A stretch of DNA of 64,000 nucleotides, taken from contig CAVYGB010000010.1 of the NCBI GenBank assembly GCA_963767925.1, positions 480,001 through 544,000 on the forward strand, given 5' to 3'. The notes beneath the pieces are model-generated. The model worked only from the letters and a program-made list of their open reading frames with translations, did no database searches and was not told the origin of the DNA. This DNA is from an uncultured delta proteobacterium. Lineage in GTDB: Bacteria > Myxococcota_A > Polyangia > Fen-1088. The stretch's first letter is position 1, and every line of letters begins with the position of its first letter. Positions 30,436-40,349 of this stretch are shown in pieces. The translations under genes were made by a program, and so were the position numbers.

Positions 30436-32142
30436 TCAGCCTCCGGGGGGCGGGTTCACGATGTGCAGCTCGACGCGGCGGTTGGACTGGCGGCCCTCGA
30501 CGGTGTCGTTGCCGGCGATCGGGCGGTCGGGGCCGACGCCCTCGCTCTCCAGACGGGAGGGTTCGATCTTGCCCTGCTTGACCAGCCAGCGCACGACGGC
30601 GTCGGCGCGCTGCCTGGAAAGGCTCTTGTTGTAGGCGGCGGCGCCGCGGTCATCGGTATGGCCCTCCACCCGCACGCGCTGGAGCTCGGGGTGCTCGCGC
30701 AGGACCTTGGCGATGGCCTCGAGCAGCGGGGTGCTGGCGGCGGCGATGGTGGCCTGGCCGGTGGCGAACTTGACCTGCTCGGTGATGCGGATCTGCTCCT
30801 TGGTGATTTGCACCACCGGGCAGCCGTTCTTCGGCGCCTCGGGGTTGGCGGGGCCAGCCTCGGTCGGGCAGGCGTCGGCCTCGTCGAGCACGCCGTCGCC
30901 GTCGCTGTCGGCGCGCGCGGGGCAGCCGCTGGTCTTCGGATCGTCGCCGGCGGGGCCAGCCTCGGTCGGGCAGGCGTCGGCCTCGTCGAGCACGCCGTCG
31001 CCGTCGCTGTCGGCGGGCGCGGGGCAGCCGTTCCGGGTGCGGTCGGCGCTGGCCACGCCGGCGTCCTGCGGGCAGGCGTCGTCGCCGTCGGAGATCCCGT
31101 CAGCGTCGCCGTCGGCGGGCGGCGCCGCGACCGGCTCGGGGGCCCGGGGCTGGGGGGCGAGCTCGAGGCGCACCAGGAAGCGGGCGCGCGGCGAGCCGGC
31201 CGCGTCGGTGAGACCGCCCGCTGACGCGCCGATTCCCGCCCGGAGCCCGCCGCTGCCGTAGTGCAGACCGAGGAGAGGCTCGAAGGGGGTCGAGCGCTTC
31301 TTCAACAGGAGGCCACCGGTGACGGTGGTGGAGCCGAGCAGCTCGGCGCCGAGGAGGAGGCCCTCGGCGAGGCGCACGCCGGCGGCGGCGGCGGCCTGCA
31401 CCTCCGCGCCGTAGATCTCCTCGCGGAACTGGGCCGGGTCGATGGCCTGCGCGCTCAGGAAGCCGACCCGCAGCGCGTAGGCGAAACGGCCCAGGTCGCC
31501 GGCCAGCAACAGGCGGGGCGCCACCCGCACGCGCTCGTTGCCGGCGTAGCGGCTGTCGGTGTGGGTGGGGAGGAACGCCGCCACGCCGATGGCCGCCCGG
31601 AAGGGGTCCCCGTCCCGGCCAACCAGGAACAGGTCCGCGGCGACCCCCAGGTCGCCCAGGCCCGCCCGCTTCGGCTCGGGATAGCTGAAGTCGTTGAGCT
31701 CCGCCGGCTCGCCCGACTGGTAGACGATCACCGGGAGGGTGAGGGCGAAGCGCACCCGCCCGGCCAGCATGACCGCGGCGCTGGCGTGGAGCGTGTCCTG
31801 CCACTTCACCATCGCGATCTCGCGCCCGTCGGGCAAGGTGGCGGTGAGCGGTTTGTAGGACAGTTCGCCCACCAGGCCCACCGCCGGACGCAGATCCTCG
31901 ATCCGGTCGAGCGAGTCGAGCGAGAACCAGTCGCTGGGCGGGGCCGAAGGGCGGAAGCGGTTCAGCTCGAAGGCGTCGATGGTCTTCTGCGCCCGGGCCG
32001 AGGGCGCCGCCAGCAGCAGCGCGCCGAGCACGCCCAGCAGGGCCGGGGGGCGGGCGGCGCGGCGCCGATCGAGCGGGAAGCGCCGGCGGTGGCAGGACGT
32101 CGTGGCCGTGGCGGGCAGGGGGCGTGGGTGCAGGTTGGTCAC
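30436..32142 (-). CDS. TraB-like protein: OM beta-barrel + thrombospondin type-3 repeats + OmpA C-terminal domain
   Basis: Signal peptide, ELNRFRP...GLGDL barrel region, three D.DGDG..D..DACP...GCP units, VEGHTDD...NKSLS..RA...NRRVE. Confidence 0.9.
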   Translation of the reverse strand: MTNLHPRPLPATATTSCHRRRFPLDRRRAARPPALLGVLGALLLAAPSARAQKTIDAFELNRFRPSAPPSDWFSLDSLDRIEDLRPAVGLVGELSYKPLTATLPDGREIAMVKWQDTLHASAAVMLAGRVRFALTLPVIVYQSGEPAELNDFSYPEPKRAGLGDLGVAADLFLVGRDGDPFRAAIGVAAFLPTHTDSRYAGNERVRVAPRLLLAGDLGRFAYALRVGFLSAQAIDPAQFREEIYGAEVQAAAAAGVRLAEGLLLGAELLGSTTVTGGLLLKKRSTPFEPLLGLHYGSGGLRAGIGASAGGLTDAAGSPRARFLVRLELAPQPRAPEPVAAPPADGDADGISDGDDACPQDAGVASADRTRNGCPAPADSDGDGVLDEADACPTEAGPAGDDPKTSGCPARADSDGDGVLDEADACPTEAGPANPEAPKNGCPVVQITKEQIRITEQVKFATGQATIAAASTPLLEAIAKVLREHPELQRVRVEGHTDDRGAAAYNKSLSRQRADAVVRWLVKQGKIEPSRLESEGVGPDRPIAGNDTVEGRQSNRRVELHIVNPPPGG

Positions 32143-32160
32143 AACGTCTCCTTGGCGTGG

Positions 32161-32841
32161 TCAGAGGCAGTAGCCGTTGAGGCCACAGAAAGTCGTGCAA
32201 TCGGCGTCGAGCAGGCACCGGCGCCTGCTCGGGCAGGGCGCGCAGAAGTCGCCGCCGCAGTCGCGGTCGGTCTCCGTTCCATCGAGCTTCCCGTTGGCGC
32301 AGGAGCCGAGGGGAAAACAGTGGTCGCCGTGATCGAGGAAGGCGCACAGCCCGGTGGTGCAGTCGGCCGGCCCGCGACAGTCGCGGAGCGGCCGGCAAGG
32401 GCCACACGGTCCGCCGCAGTCGACGTCGGTCTCGTCCCCGTCGAGCAGGCGATCGCTGCAGGACGGCTGGCACAGGCGGCTGCGCGCATCGCAGACGTGG
32501 CCCAGGCAGTCGGCCGGGCCCTGGCAGCGGCGGAACGGCAGGCAGAGGGGGCAGGCGCCGCCGCAGTCGATGTCGCTCTCGAGGCCGTCCTGGATCCCGT
32601 TGGTGCAGCTCGGCCGAACGCCACCATCCGCCGCGGCGTCGGGCGGGAGGTCGCTGGCCTGGTCGGCGCCAGGAAGGTCCAGGGCCAGCGCGGGGCCGTC
32701 GGCGGCCGGCGCCGGACCGGTCTCGATGGCCGGCGCGGCGTCGGGAGCTGGCGGCAAGCCCGGGACATCGGTCGCCTCACAAGCGGACAGGCCGGCCATC
32801 ACCAGGAGCGCACCCCGAGCCCGCCATCCCTCTGCCCTCAC
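32161..32841 (-). CDS. Cys-rich repeat lipoprotein
   Basis: LSAC lipobox, three C.(N/D)...DG.E(S/T)D.DCGG.C..C....C....DC repeats. GTGA overlap with the upstream gene. Confidence 0.85.
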   Translation of the reverse strand: MRAEGWRARGALLVMAGLSACEATDVPGLPPAPDAAPAIETGPAPAADGPALALDLPGADQASDLPPDAAADGGVRPSCTNGIQDGLESDIDCGGACPLCLPFRRCQGPADCLGHVCDARSRLCQPSCSDRLLDGDETDVDCGGPCGPCRPLRDCRGPADCTTGLCAFLDHGDHCFPLGSCANGKLDGTETDRDCGGDFCAPCPSRRRCLLDADCTTFCGLNGYCL

Positions 32842-35800
32842 CGGGCGTTGCCGGCGCGACCCCGGCGGCGACGCCGGAACAGCAGAGCCAGGACCGCGGC
32901 GGCAACGGCCAGGCCGCCCCCACCGGAGGGACCGCTCGCCAGGGCGCAGCCGCCGCCTCCCCCGCCGACCCGGGCCGCGCCCTTGTAAGGCGCGTTGGGG
33001 TCGGGCGCCGCGGTCACGACGATCTGCGCGGGCACCGACTGGCTCGCGCCGTGGGGGCCCTGGGCGGCGAACCGCGCGGAGTAGTAGTAGGTCCCGGGCC
33101 GGGGGATTGCCAGCGACACGGTGGCGCTGCCGCCGATGAGGGAGGCGCGACCGACCTCGTTCTGCCCGTCGAGCAGGAGCGTGATCTCACCGGCAGGCGC
33201 GCCGAGCTCGGCCGAGACGGTAGCGGTCACCGACAGCGGGGTGTTCGCCACCGCGGTCTCCGGCACCCCGGTCAGCGTCAGGGACGTGGGGATGGCCTCG
33301 ACGGTGAAGGGAATGCCCAGTGGCGCCGCCGCGCCGGTGACGGTGGCGGTGAGCTGGAATGTGCCGGGGACTGCGTTGGCGGTGAGCGGGAGCGAGGCCC
33401 GGCCGCTGGCGTCGGTGGTGACCGAGGCGGGCAGCCCGGTGAGCGAGGCCCCGCTCGCCGGCGCCGAGAGCAAGATGGCCGCCCCCGCCACGTCGTTGGC
33501 CGATCCATCGAGGATCTGCAGCACCAGGGTACCGGAGAACGCCGTGGTGGCGCGGGTGTGCTGGGCGCCGCCGCTGACCAGCACGACCATGGCCGGGGGG
33601 CCGACCGTGTTGGTGAGGGCGAAAGCGGCGGTGGCGGCGAGCGCGTCGATCCGCGCTGTCACCGGGTAGCTGCCCGTGCGCGCGGTGGCGACCGCCGAGA
33701 CCTGGGCGAGGCCGTCGGGGCCCGTCACCGCCTCGGTGGCCGAGAGCGTGGCGGTGGGCACTGCCGCCGGACTGGCGAAGCGCACGGTCACGCCGGGGAC
33801 CGGGTTGCCGTGGGCGTCGGCGACGAGGATCCGCAGCGGCTGGGCGAACGCCTGGAGCACCTGCGCCGACTGCGGGGTGGAGGTGGTGGCTGGCGTCAGC
33901 GTGGCTGGCGCTCCGGGATCGTTGGTGAGCGCGAAGGTCGCGGGCGTGGCGCTGTCGCCGGTGCTGGCCCGGACTTCGTAGCGGCCAGCGACGAGGTTGG
34001 CCTGGGCGGTGACCTGGGCCAGGCCATCGCTGCCGGTGGTGGCGCTGGCTGCGGCCAGCGTCGCGCTGGCGCCCGCGGCGGGCACGGTGAAGGTGACGGT
34101 GGCGGCGGGGACAAGGTTGCCGTAGGCGTCCCGGACGATGACCACCAGCGGAGCCCCGAAGCCAATCCCCACGGTCGCCGCCTGGGCCGAGCCCGATTCG
34201 ACGGCGATGGTCGACGGCGGCCCGGCGAGGTTCCTGAGGGCGAAGGCCGCGGGCACGGCCACGCCCGCCACGCTGGCGGTGGCGGTGAGGTCGCCCACCA
34301 CCTGCCCGGCGGTGATCGCGGTGGCGGCGTCGCCGGCGGCGCCGGTGATCACCGTGGCCATCGCGGGAACGGCGGTCGCGCCCGAGGCCGGCACGGCGAA
34401 GGTTACCTGGACGCCGGGGACCGGGTTGCTGTGGCGGTCCTCGACCGCGACGGCCAACGGCTCGACGTAGGCCGTGCCGACCTGGGCGCTCTGGGGCGTG
34501 GAGGCCCCGCTCGCGGTGACACTGGCGGCAGCTCCGGGGCTGTTGGTCAGGGCGAAGGTGGCGGCCTGGGCGCCGCCCGCGACGGTGGCGCTCGCCAGGT
34601 AGGCGCCGGCGATGGTGCCGGCCGTGACGGCGACGCCCACCTGGCCGTCGGCGCCGGTGACCGCCACCGACGGGCTGATGGTGGCGCTGGCGCCGCTGTC
34701 GGGCGCCGCGAAGGTGACGGTGGCGCCGGGCACCGGGTTGTCGTCGGCGTCCCTCACCAGCACCACGAGCGAGGCGCCGAACGTCGCGTCCACCTCCGCG
34801 GTCTGCGGCGTGCCGGTCACGGCGCTGATGAGCGAGGGGCTCCCGGCAAGATTGACCAGGGAGAAGGTGGCGGCGCTGGCACCCTCCACCGTGGCGGTGA
34901 CGGTGTAGGAGCCCGCGGCCGGGCTGGCGGTGGCGGTCACCTCCGCTCCGCCGCTGCCGCCGCTCAGGGCGCTGGTGGCGGACAGCGCGGCGGTGGGGCC
35001 GCTCGCAGGCGCGGCGAACTGCACGGAGGCGCCCGGGACCGGGTTGTCGAACCCGTCGAGGACCGTCACCGCCAGCGGCGCTCCGAACGCCGCCCGCACC
35101 GTCGCGGACTGCGGTGTGCCGGAGGCGGCCGGGCGCACGGTGGCGGGCGCGCCGGGCAGGTTCGTCAGGCTGAAGCTGGCGGGCGTGGCCCCCGCGACGC
35201 TGGCGCCCACCTGGTACTCGCCCGAGCCCGTGCCGGCGGTGGCCCCGACGTCGGCTTCCCCCTGGGCGTCGGTGGCCACCTGCTGGGCCGACAGGCTAGC
35301 CCGGGCGCCGCTGCCCGGTGCGGTGAAGGTCACCTGCGCCGAGGGGACGACGTTGTCCGCGGCGTCGCGCACCCGCACCTTGAGCCGGGCGGTGAAGCCC
35401 TGGGCCACCACCGCGCTCTGCCCGGAGCCCTCCACCACCGTGATCGAGGCGGGCGGGCCGGCCGTGTTGGTCAGGCCGAAGGCGGCGCCCGCGGCGACGC
35501 CCGCGACGGTGGCCCCGACACCGTAGGCGCCCGCGGTGCGGTTGGCGGTCGCGGTCACGCTGGCCCGGCCGGCGGCGTCGGTGACCGCGCTGCCGGCTGC
35601 GCCGAGGGTGGCCGAGGCGCCCGCTGCCGGCGCGGTGAAGGTGACGGTGGCTCCGGGCACGGCGTTCTGGTGCGCGTCGGTGACGAGCACGACCAGCGGC
35701 GCGGGGAAGGCGGCCTCGATGGTCTGGGTCTGGCCGTCGCCGCTGCTGGCGGCGATGGCAGCCGCCGGCCCGGCCAGGTTCGTCAGAGAGAAGGCGGCGG

Positions 35801-37619
35801 TGGTGGCGACCCCCGCGACGGAGGCGGTGATGGTGTGCGCCCCGGCGACGGTGCTGGCGGTGGCCGTGACGCTGGCGATGCCGTCCACGTCGGTCACGGC
35901 GGTGACGCTGTCGAGGGTCGCCGACGCGCCGCTGGCGGCGACGGAGAACGTGACCGTGGCGTCCTCCACCGGCTGTCCCAGGGTATTGGTCACCAGCGCG
36001 CGCAGCGCGGTCGGGAAGCCCGTGCCCACGGTGGTGCTCTGGCCGCTCCCGGCCGAGACGGCGATGGCGGCGGGGGGCAGCGGCGCGCACTTGCCGTCGG
36101 CGTCGCACTGGCCGGAGCGGCAGGCGGGCGTCGAGGTGCTGGGCGTGCAGCCGCTGGTGCCGTCGGCCCAGCCGCACAGGTCGTCGTCGTCGCACACCTC
36201 CGTCAGGCAGGCCCGCTCGGCCACCGCCTCGGTGCAGGTGCCGCCGGGGACGGGCTGACCGTTGGCGGTCAGCGCGTCGCAGGAGACGCTCCCGCCCAGG
36301 TCGTTGCACCAGGTGTTGGCCGCGCAGTCGCCGTCGCTCAGGCAGGCCACGCAGGTGCGGCTGGCAGAGCAGCGAGGCGCGGCGCCGCTGCAGGCGGCGT
36401 CGCTCAGGCAGGCCACGCAGGTCAGCCCGATCGGATCGCAGAAGGGCTTGGCGCCCGAGCAGACGTCCACGCAGGAGGAGACGGTGATGAGCGCGAAGCC
36501 GGTGCCCACCAGGTTGGTGCTGGTGGTGTAGTTGATGAGCACGAGGCGGGTCTTGCCCCGGTCGGCGGCGGCGGGGGTCCAGTCGAGGGTGTTGGCGAAG
36601 GGGCTGGCCGCGGTGCCGCCGGGGGTGAGGGTCGCGCCCGCGGGCAGACCGATGGTGCTCACCGTGGCGTTGACGCCGCCGGTCCAGGTGGCCGAGACGG
36701 GCACGGAGATGGGCACGCCGACGTTGGCCGAGAGCACGCCGCCCCCCGTGACGACGGGCGGTGGCGACGAGGTGATCTGGACGATGGTGTCGACGGCGCT
36801 CGCGCTGGTGACCCCACCGTGCTGCGATTCGAACTCGAGGTGAACCACGTACTGCTGCCCGGCCACGGCGCTGGTGAGATCCCAGGTCATCGTGCAGCCG
36901 TTGGCGACAGAGGCCAGCGTCGGTTGAGCCCCTCCCACCGGTACGGCCGGGACGGTCTGGTCGGTGGGGACGACCGGCAGCTTCGACTCGGCGTTGGTGC
37001 CGAAGCGGCAGGAGAAGGCGTCGCCGTCGGGCTCGAAGGCCGGCCAGGTGAACGAGCGGACGGCCCCCGCCTGCAACATGATGATCGACGGCGAGCCGGT
37101 GGTGGGTCCCCCGGTGTTCACGGGCGACCCGCCGAGCGCCACCACCGCCTGCACGCGGTAGCCGGAGTTGCTGCCGTTGACCAGGCCGCTGACCCGGGCC
37201 GCTGAGTCGTGGGCCGCCGTGAAGGGGCCGTCGCTGGCGTAGGTGTGGGTCGTCGTGTACTGGAACACGCGGTAGGCCGCCCCCAGGCTGTCGATCCCCG
37301 CGCCGACCGGGGAGCCAGCCATCGTCCCATTGGGGGTCCCGTCGCCGAAGATGAGCCCCAAGGCCGGCGCGGTCGCGTTGGTGAGCCCGACGATCAGACT
37401 GAACTCAACCGTGCGGGGGGCGTTCACGGGATCGGGGACCGTCCAGGCCAGCGTCCCGTAGCGAAAGTGCGCGGCCCGGGCCTGACCCGTCCAGCCCGCG
37501 AGCAACATCAGGGCACCGAGCGCGCCGAGCAGAAATCGCGCTCGGCCCGCGGGCCTGCGCGCGATCCGCGCCGTCAGAAGATGGAGGTTCGAGGAAGCGA
37601 GGCGCTCGTTGATCCGCAT
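32838..37619 (-). CDS. Large surface adhesin: N-terminal domain, Cys-rich segment, 9 invasin-like Big_1 repeats, one further Ig domain, MYXO-CTERM-like tag
   Basis: Signal ARA|AHFRYG, CLSDAAC/CLSDGDC repeats, nine Q...F...L.V.V.D...N.VPG..VTF...TD..G.A units, GGGGCA...LLFRRRRR tail. Start uncertain. Confidence 0.9.
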   Translation of the reverse strand: MRINERLASSNLHLLTARIARRPAGRARFLLGALGALMLLAGWTGQARAAHFRYGTLAWTVPDPVNAPRTVEFSLIVGLTNATAPALGLIFGDGTPNGTMAGSPVGAGIDSLGAAYRVFQYTTTHTYASDGPFTAAHDSAARVSGLVNGSNSGYRVQAVVALGGSPVNTGGPTTGSPSIIMLQAGAVRSFTWPAFEPDGDAFSCRFGTNAESKLPVVPTDQTVPAVPVGGAQPTLASVANGCTMTWDLTSAVAGQQYVVHLEFESQHGGVTSASAVDTIVQITSSPPPVVTGGGVLSANVGVPISVPVSATWTGGVNATVSTIGLPAGATLTPGGTAASPFANTLDWTPAAADRGKTRLVLINYTTSTNLVGTGFALITVSSCVDVCSGAKPFCDPIGLTCVACLSDAACSGAAPRCSASRTCVACLSDGDCAANTWCNDLGGSVSCDALTANGQPVPGGTCTEAVAERACLTEVCDDDDLCGWADGTSGCTPSTSTPACRSGQCDADGKCAPLPPAAIAVSAGSGQSTTVGTGFPTALRALVTNTLGQPVEDATVTFSVAASGASATLDSVTAVTDVDGIASVTATASTVAGAHTITASVAGVATTAAFSLTNLAGPAAAIAASSGDGQTQTIEAAFPAPLVVLVTDAHQNAVPGATVTFTAPAAGASATLGAAGSAVTDAAGRASVTATANRTAGAYGVGATVAGVAAGAAFGLTNTAGPPASITVVEGSGQSAVVAQGFTARLKVRVRDAADNVVPSAQVTFTAPGSGARASLSAQQVATDAQGEADVGATAGTGSGEYQVGASVAGATPASFSLTNLPGAPATVRPAASGTPQSATVRAAFGAPLAVTVLDGFDNPVPGASVQFAAPASGPTAALSATSALSGGSGGAEVTATASPAAGSYTVTATVEGASAATFSLVNLAGSPSLISAVTGTPQTAEVDATFGASLVVLVRDADDNPVPGATVTFAAPDSGASATISPSVAVTGADGQVGVAVTAGTIAGAYLASATVAGGAQAATFALTNSPGAAASVTASGASTPQSAQVGTAYVEPLAVAVEDRHSNPVPGVQVTFAVPASGATAVPAMATVITGAAGDAATAITAGQVVGDLTATASVAGVAVPAAFALRNLAGPPSTIAVESGSAQAATVGIGFGAPLVVIVRDAYGNLVPAATVTFTVPAAGASATLAAASATTGSDGLAQVTAQANLVAGRYEVRASTGDSATPATFALTNDPGAPATLTPATTSTPQSAQVLQAFAQPLRILVADAHGNPVPGVTVRFASPAAVPTATLSATEAVTGPDGLAQVSAVATARTGSYPVTARIDALAATAAFALTNTVGPPAMVVLVSGGAQHTRATTAFSGTLVLQILDGSANDVAGAAILLSAPASGASLTGLPASVTTDASGRASLPLTANAVPGTFQLTATVTGAAAPLGIPFTVEAIPTSLTLTGVPETAVANTPLSVTATVSAELGAPAGEITLLLDGQNEVGRASLIGGSATVSLAIPRPGTYYYSARFAAQGPHGASQSVPAQIVVTAAPDPNAPYKGAARVGGGGGGCALASGPSGGGGLAVAAAVLALLFRRRRRGRAGNAR

Positions 37620-37753
37620 GAGAGCGCTCGCAACAACGTCACACTGCCCTCGCAGCTTGAGCGCTCCGCGACAGATCGAGTCTCCACCTGATCGCCGTTG
37701 CTCTCTGGGCGGCGGCCCCTGACGGCGCAGGCGCAAGCAGTCGACCGGGCTTC

Positions 37754-38002
37754 GTGCTCATCCTCGATACCTCGTCGTCGATGGTGTACACGCCCGGCGC
37801 AGCCAACACGTATGGCGACGGCGCCGCCCGACACCAGGGGTGCGACCTCGACGACAGCGGCGTTGCGGGACGGTACCCCTGCGACGACAGGCGCCTCTCT
37901 CTGGCCAAGGGGGCCATCGCCGACACCATCGCGGCGTTCGGCTCGGCGGAGTTCGCGCTTGGGCGCTTGTCGGCCTCGACCTCGGGCGACAGCTCGAGGT
38001 AA
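37754..38002 (+). pseudogene. vWA-domain fragment
   Basis: LILDTSSSM...RLSLAKGAI...EFALGR, then stop. Confidence 0.6.
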
Positions 38003-38422
38003 CGGTGGCGCGGCCCAGGGAGAACCTGATTCCGGAACGCGAGGGGGAACTGCGTTGTATGGAACCTCCGCGGGCGAGCTTCCCTGAGCCCGCCGCCGCG
38101 CCCGTGGCACCTGCCCGAAAGCTCGGTTTCGCCACCGGGGCGCGGGTTGCCTCGGCAACAGCGCCGAGACACCGGTGCACGGCGTGCGGCAGCACGGCAA
38201 CGGCCCCGCGAGCCGCCGGTGATCCTGACAGCTCGTCAGCTCTTCATGATCGAGAGGAGGAAGTGGCGCAAGGGTGCGCCTCGCCGGCGATCGAAGCGGC
38301 GAAAGAGGGATGTGCGCCGCGTGACCTTGATGCGGACGGCGATGGCGCGCGAGCCGCCGGTGGCCAGCCCGCGGAGCAGGGCGGTCGCGGGCAGGGTAGT
38401 CCGCGCCGGGTCGGATGGGCCC

Positions 38423-40345
38423 TCACGCCGTCAGCCGTTCGCCGGCAGGCTGGGTTGCGGGGGCGGGGGTCGCGCCGGCGCGACGTTGTATCAGCTCGGC
38501 CACAACCGACCGCAGCCGGACCGGGTCACATGGCTTCTCGAGAGATCGCCGGCCCGTGCGGATCACGAAGGACTCGCTCTCCGGGCTGGCGGCACCGGTC
38601 ATGAAGACCACCCGAGCGGCCAGGTCGGGGCTCGCCGCCAGGAGCTCGGCATAGAACTCCATCCCGTTCATTTCGGGCATCATGATGTCGCACAGCACGA
38701 TGTCGAACTCGCACCGGGGGCCCAGCAGGGCCAGCGCCTGACTGGCGCTGCGGGCGTAGGTCACCTCATGCTCGGCGCCGAGCAGCCGGCGGAGCGAGTG
38801 GCCGACCTGCTCTTCGTCGTCCAGCACCAGGACGCGACCCCGTGAAACGGCGACCGGTGCAGCCGCGGGGCCGGGGAGAGGCGCGCCAGGCCGGACCTGC
38901 TGCGCAGGCAAGGACACTCGAAACAGGCTACCCTCGCCGGGCTGACTCTCCACGACAATCCGGCCCCCCAGCCCCCGCACGATCGACTGGCAGATGGAGA
39001 GGCCGAGACCGGTGCCTTTACCGATGGGTTTGGTGGTGAAGAACGGATCGAAGATCCGCGCCAGATGGGCCTCGGGGATCCCGGAGCCGCGGTCCTGGAC
39101 CTCCACGACCACCTGCTTGCCCTCCGCTCGGCTCGCGATCCGGATCCGATTCCTTTCGGGGTCGTGCTCCGGCACGGCGTGAGCGGCATTCACGATCAGG
39201 TTGAGAAAGACCTGTCCCAATCGCGCCTCGTCGGCGAACACGGCGGGAATTTCACCGAGGTCCCATACCACCCGGGCCCCTCGCCGGAGCTCGTTGGCCG
39301 CGAAGCTGACCGCCAGCTCGAGGGCCCGGTTGATGTCCACCGCCGAGCGCTGCTCCGGCTCTCGGCGGGACATGGTCAGCAGGTCGCGAACGATGACGCG
39401 CACGCGTTCCGCGCCCCGCGCCACATCCCTCAGCGCATCGCCCAGCTCGTCCGCGTCACGCGGGGGGAGGCCGCCCGCCGCCGCCAGGACGTCCATGCGC
39501 TCGCGGATGAAGCTGACGTTGTTCATCAGGGACGCCAGGGGATTGTTGATGTCGTGGGCCACCCCCGCGGCCAGCGTTCCGATCGCCGCCATCTTGCCGG
39601 CGTGGAATAGCTGCTCCTGCGCCTCGCCGAGCTTGCACAGGTTGTCGTCCAGCTCGGCGTTCGCCTTGGCCAATGCCTGCGTGCGCTCCGCCACCCGCCC
39701 TTCCAGCTGGACGTTGAGCAGGCGGAGCGCTTCCTCGGCCTGGCGCTGGGCGGTGATCTCCCGGAAGTACCACACCCGGCCACAGCGCTGGCCATGTTGC
39801 GCCAGCACAGGCGCCGAGTGCCGGTCGATGACCCGACCGTCGACCAGCCGGAGCTCCTCCCGGCTCGACTCCCCGGGATGCTCGTAGAGGTAGCGGATAC
39901 GGGCCGCGGTCTCCTCGGGGTTTGCCATCCGGGGCATGGCCTGAGCCAGCAGCTTGACGGCATCGCCCTCGGCCAGGGCGCTCTCGGAGAGGTCCCACAT
40001 ACGGGCGAAGCGCCGGTTGAAGGTGATCACGCGGCGGTCGGCACCGACCACGAGGATGCCGTCCGGCGCGGCCTCGTGAATGGCATTCAGCACGGCCAGG
40101 CTCTCGAGCAGCTTTTCATGCTCGCGGGCCAGCTCGGTCTCCGCGGAACGGCGGAGGTCCTCGTAAAGCTGCTGCATCTCCCGGGAGGAGATGCTCAGGG
40201 ATCGCTCGAGCGTGTAGCGGTCCTGGTCGGCTTCTTCGTAGGATCGGCTGACGCGCTCGAGCAGCGCTTGCCAGGCCGCGGGATCGGGATTGGGCAGGCC
40301 GGCGAGCTTCAACCGCTTGAGCTGACGGGTCAGCAGCGCGTGCAT
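38423..40345 (-). CDS. Hybrid sensor histidine kinase (PAS-HisKA-HATPase-REC)
   Basis: GVAHDINNP, QVFLNLIVNA, DRGSGI, FDPFFTTK, GTGLGL, CDIMMP. Confidence 0.95.
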   Translation of the reverse strand: MHALLTRQLKRLKLAGLPNPDPAAWQALLERVSRSYEEADQDRYTLERSLSISSREMQQLYEDLRRSAETELAREHEKLLESLAVLNAIHEAAPDGILVVGADRRVITFNRRFARMWDLSESALAEGDAVKLLAQAMPRMANPEETAARIRYLYEHPGESSREELRLVDGRVIDRHSAPVLAQHGQRCGRVWYFREITAQRQAEEALRLLNVQLEGRVAERTQALAKANAELDDNLCKLGEAQEQLFHAGKMAAIGTLAAGVAHDINNPLASLMNNVSFIRERMDVLAAAGGLPPRDADELGDALRDVARGAERVRVIVRDLLTMSRREPEQRSAVDINRALELAVSFAANELRRGARVVWDLGEIPAVFADEARLGQVFLNLIVNAAHAVPEHDPERNRIRIASRAEGKQVVVEVQDRGSGIPEAHLARIFDPFFTTKPIGKGTGLGLSICQSIVRGLGGRIVVESQPGEGSLFRVSLPAQQVRPGAPLPGPAAAPVAVSRGRVLVLDDEEQVGHSLRRLLGAEHEVTYARSASQALALLGPRCEFDIVLCDIMMPEMNGMEFYAELLAASPDLAARVVFMTGAASPESESFVIRTGRRSLEKPCDPVRLRSVVAELIQRRAGATPAPATQPAGERLTA

Positions 40346-40349
40346 CTGG

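Noticed and set aside
33051..37205. 1384-aa plus-strand ORF and other long antisense ORFs (e.g. 2387-4306, 11782-13689, 15598-17562, 31261-32988)
   Set aside because: They are shadow frames of GC-rich genes with no recognisable motifs.
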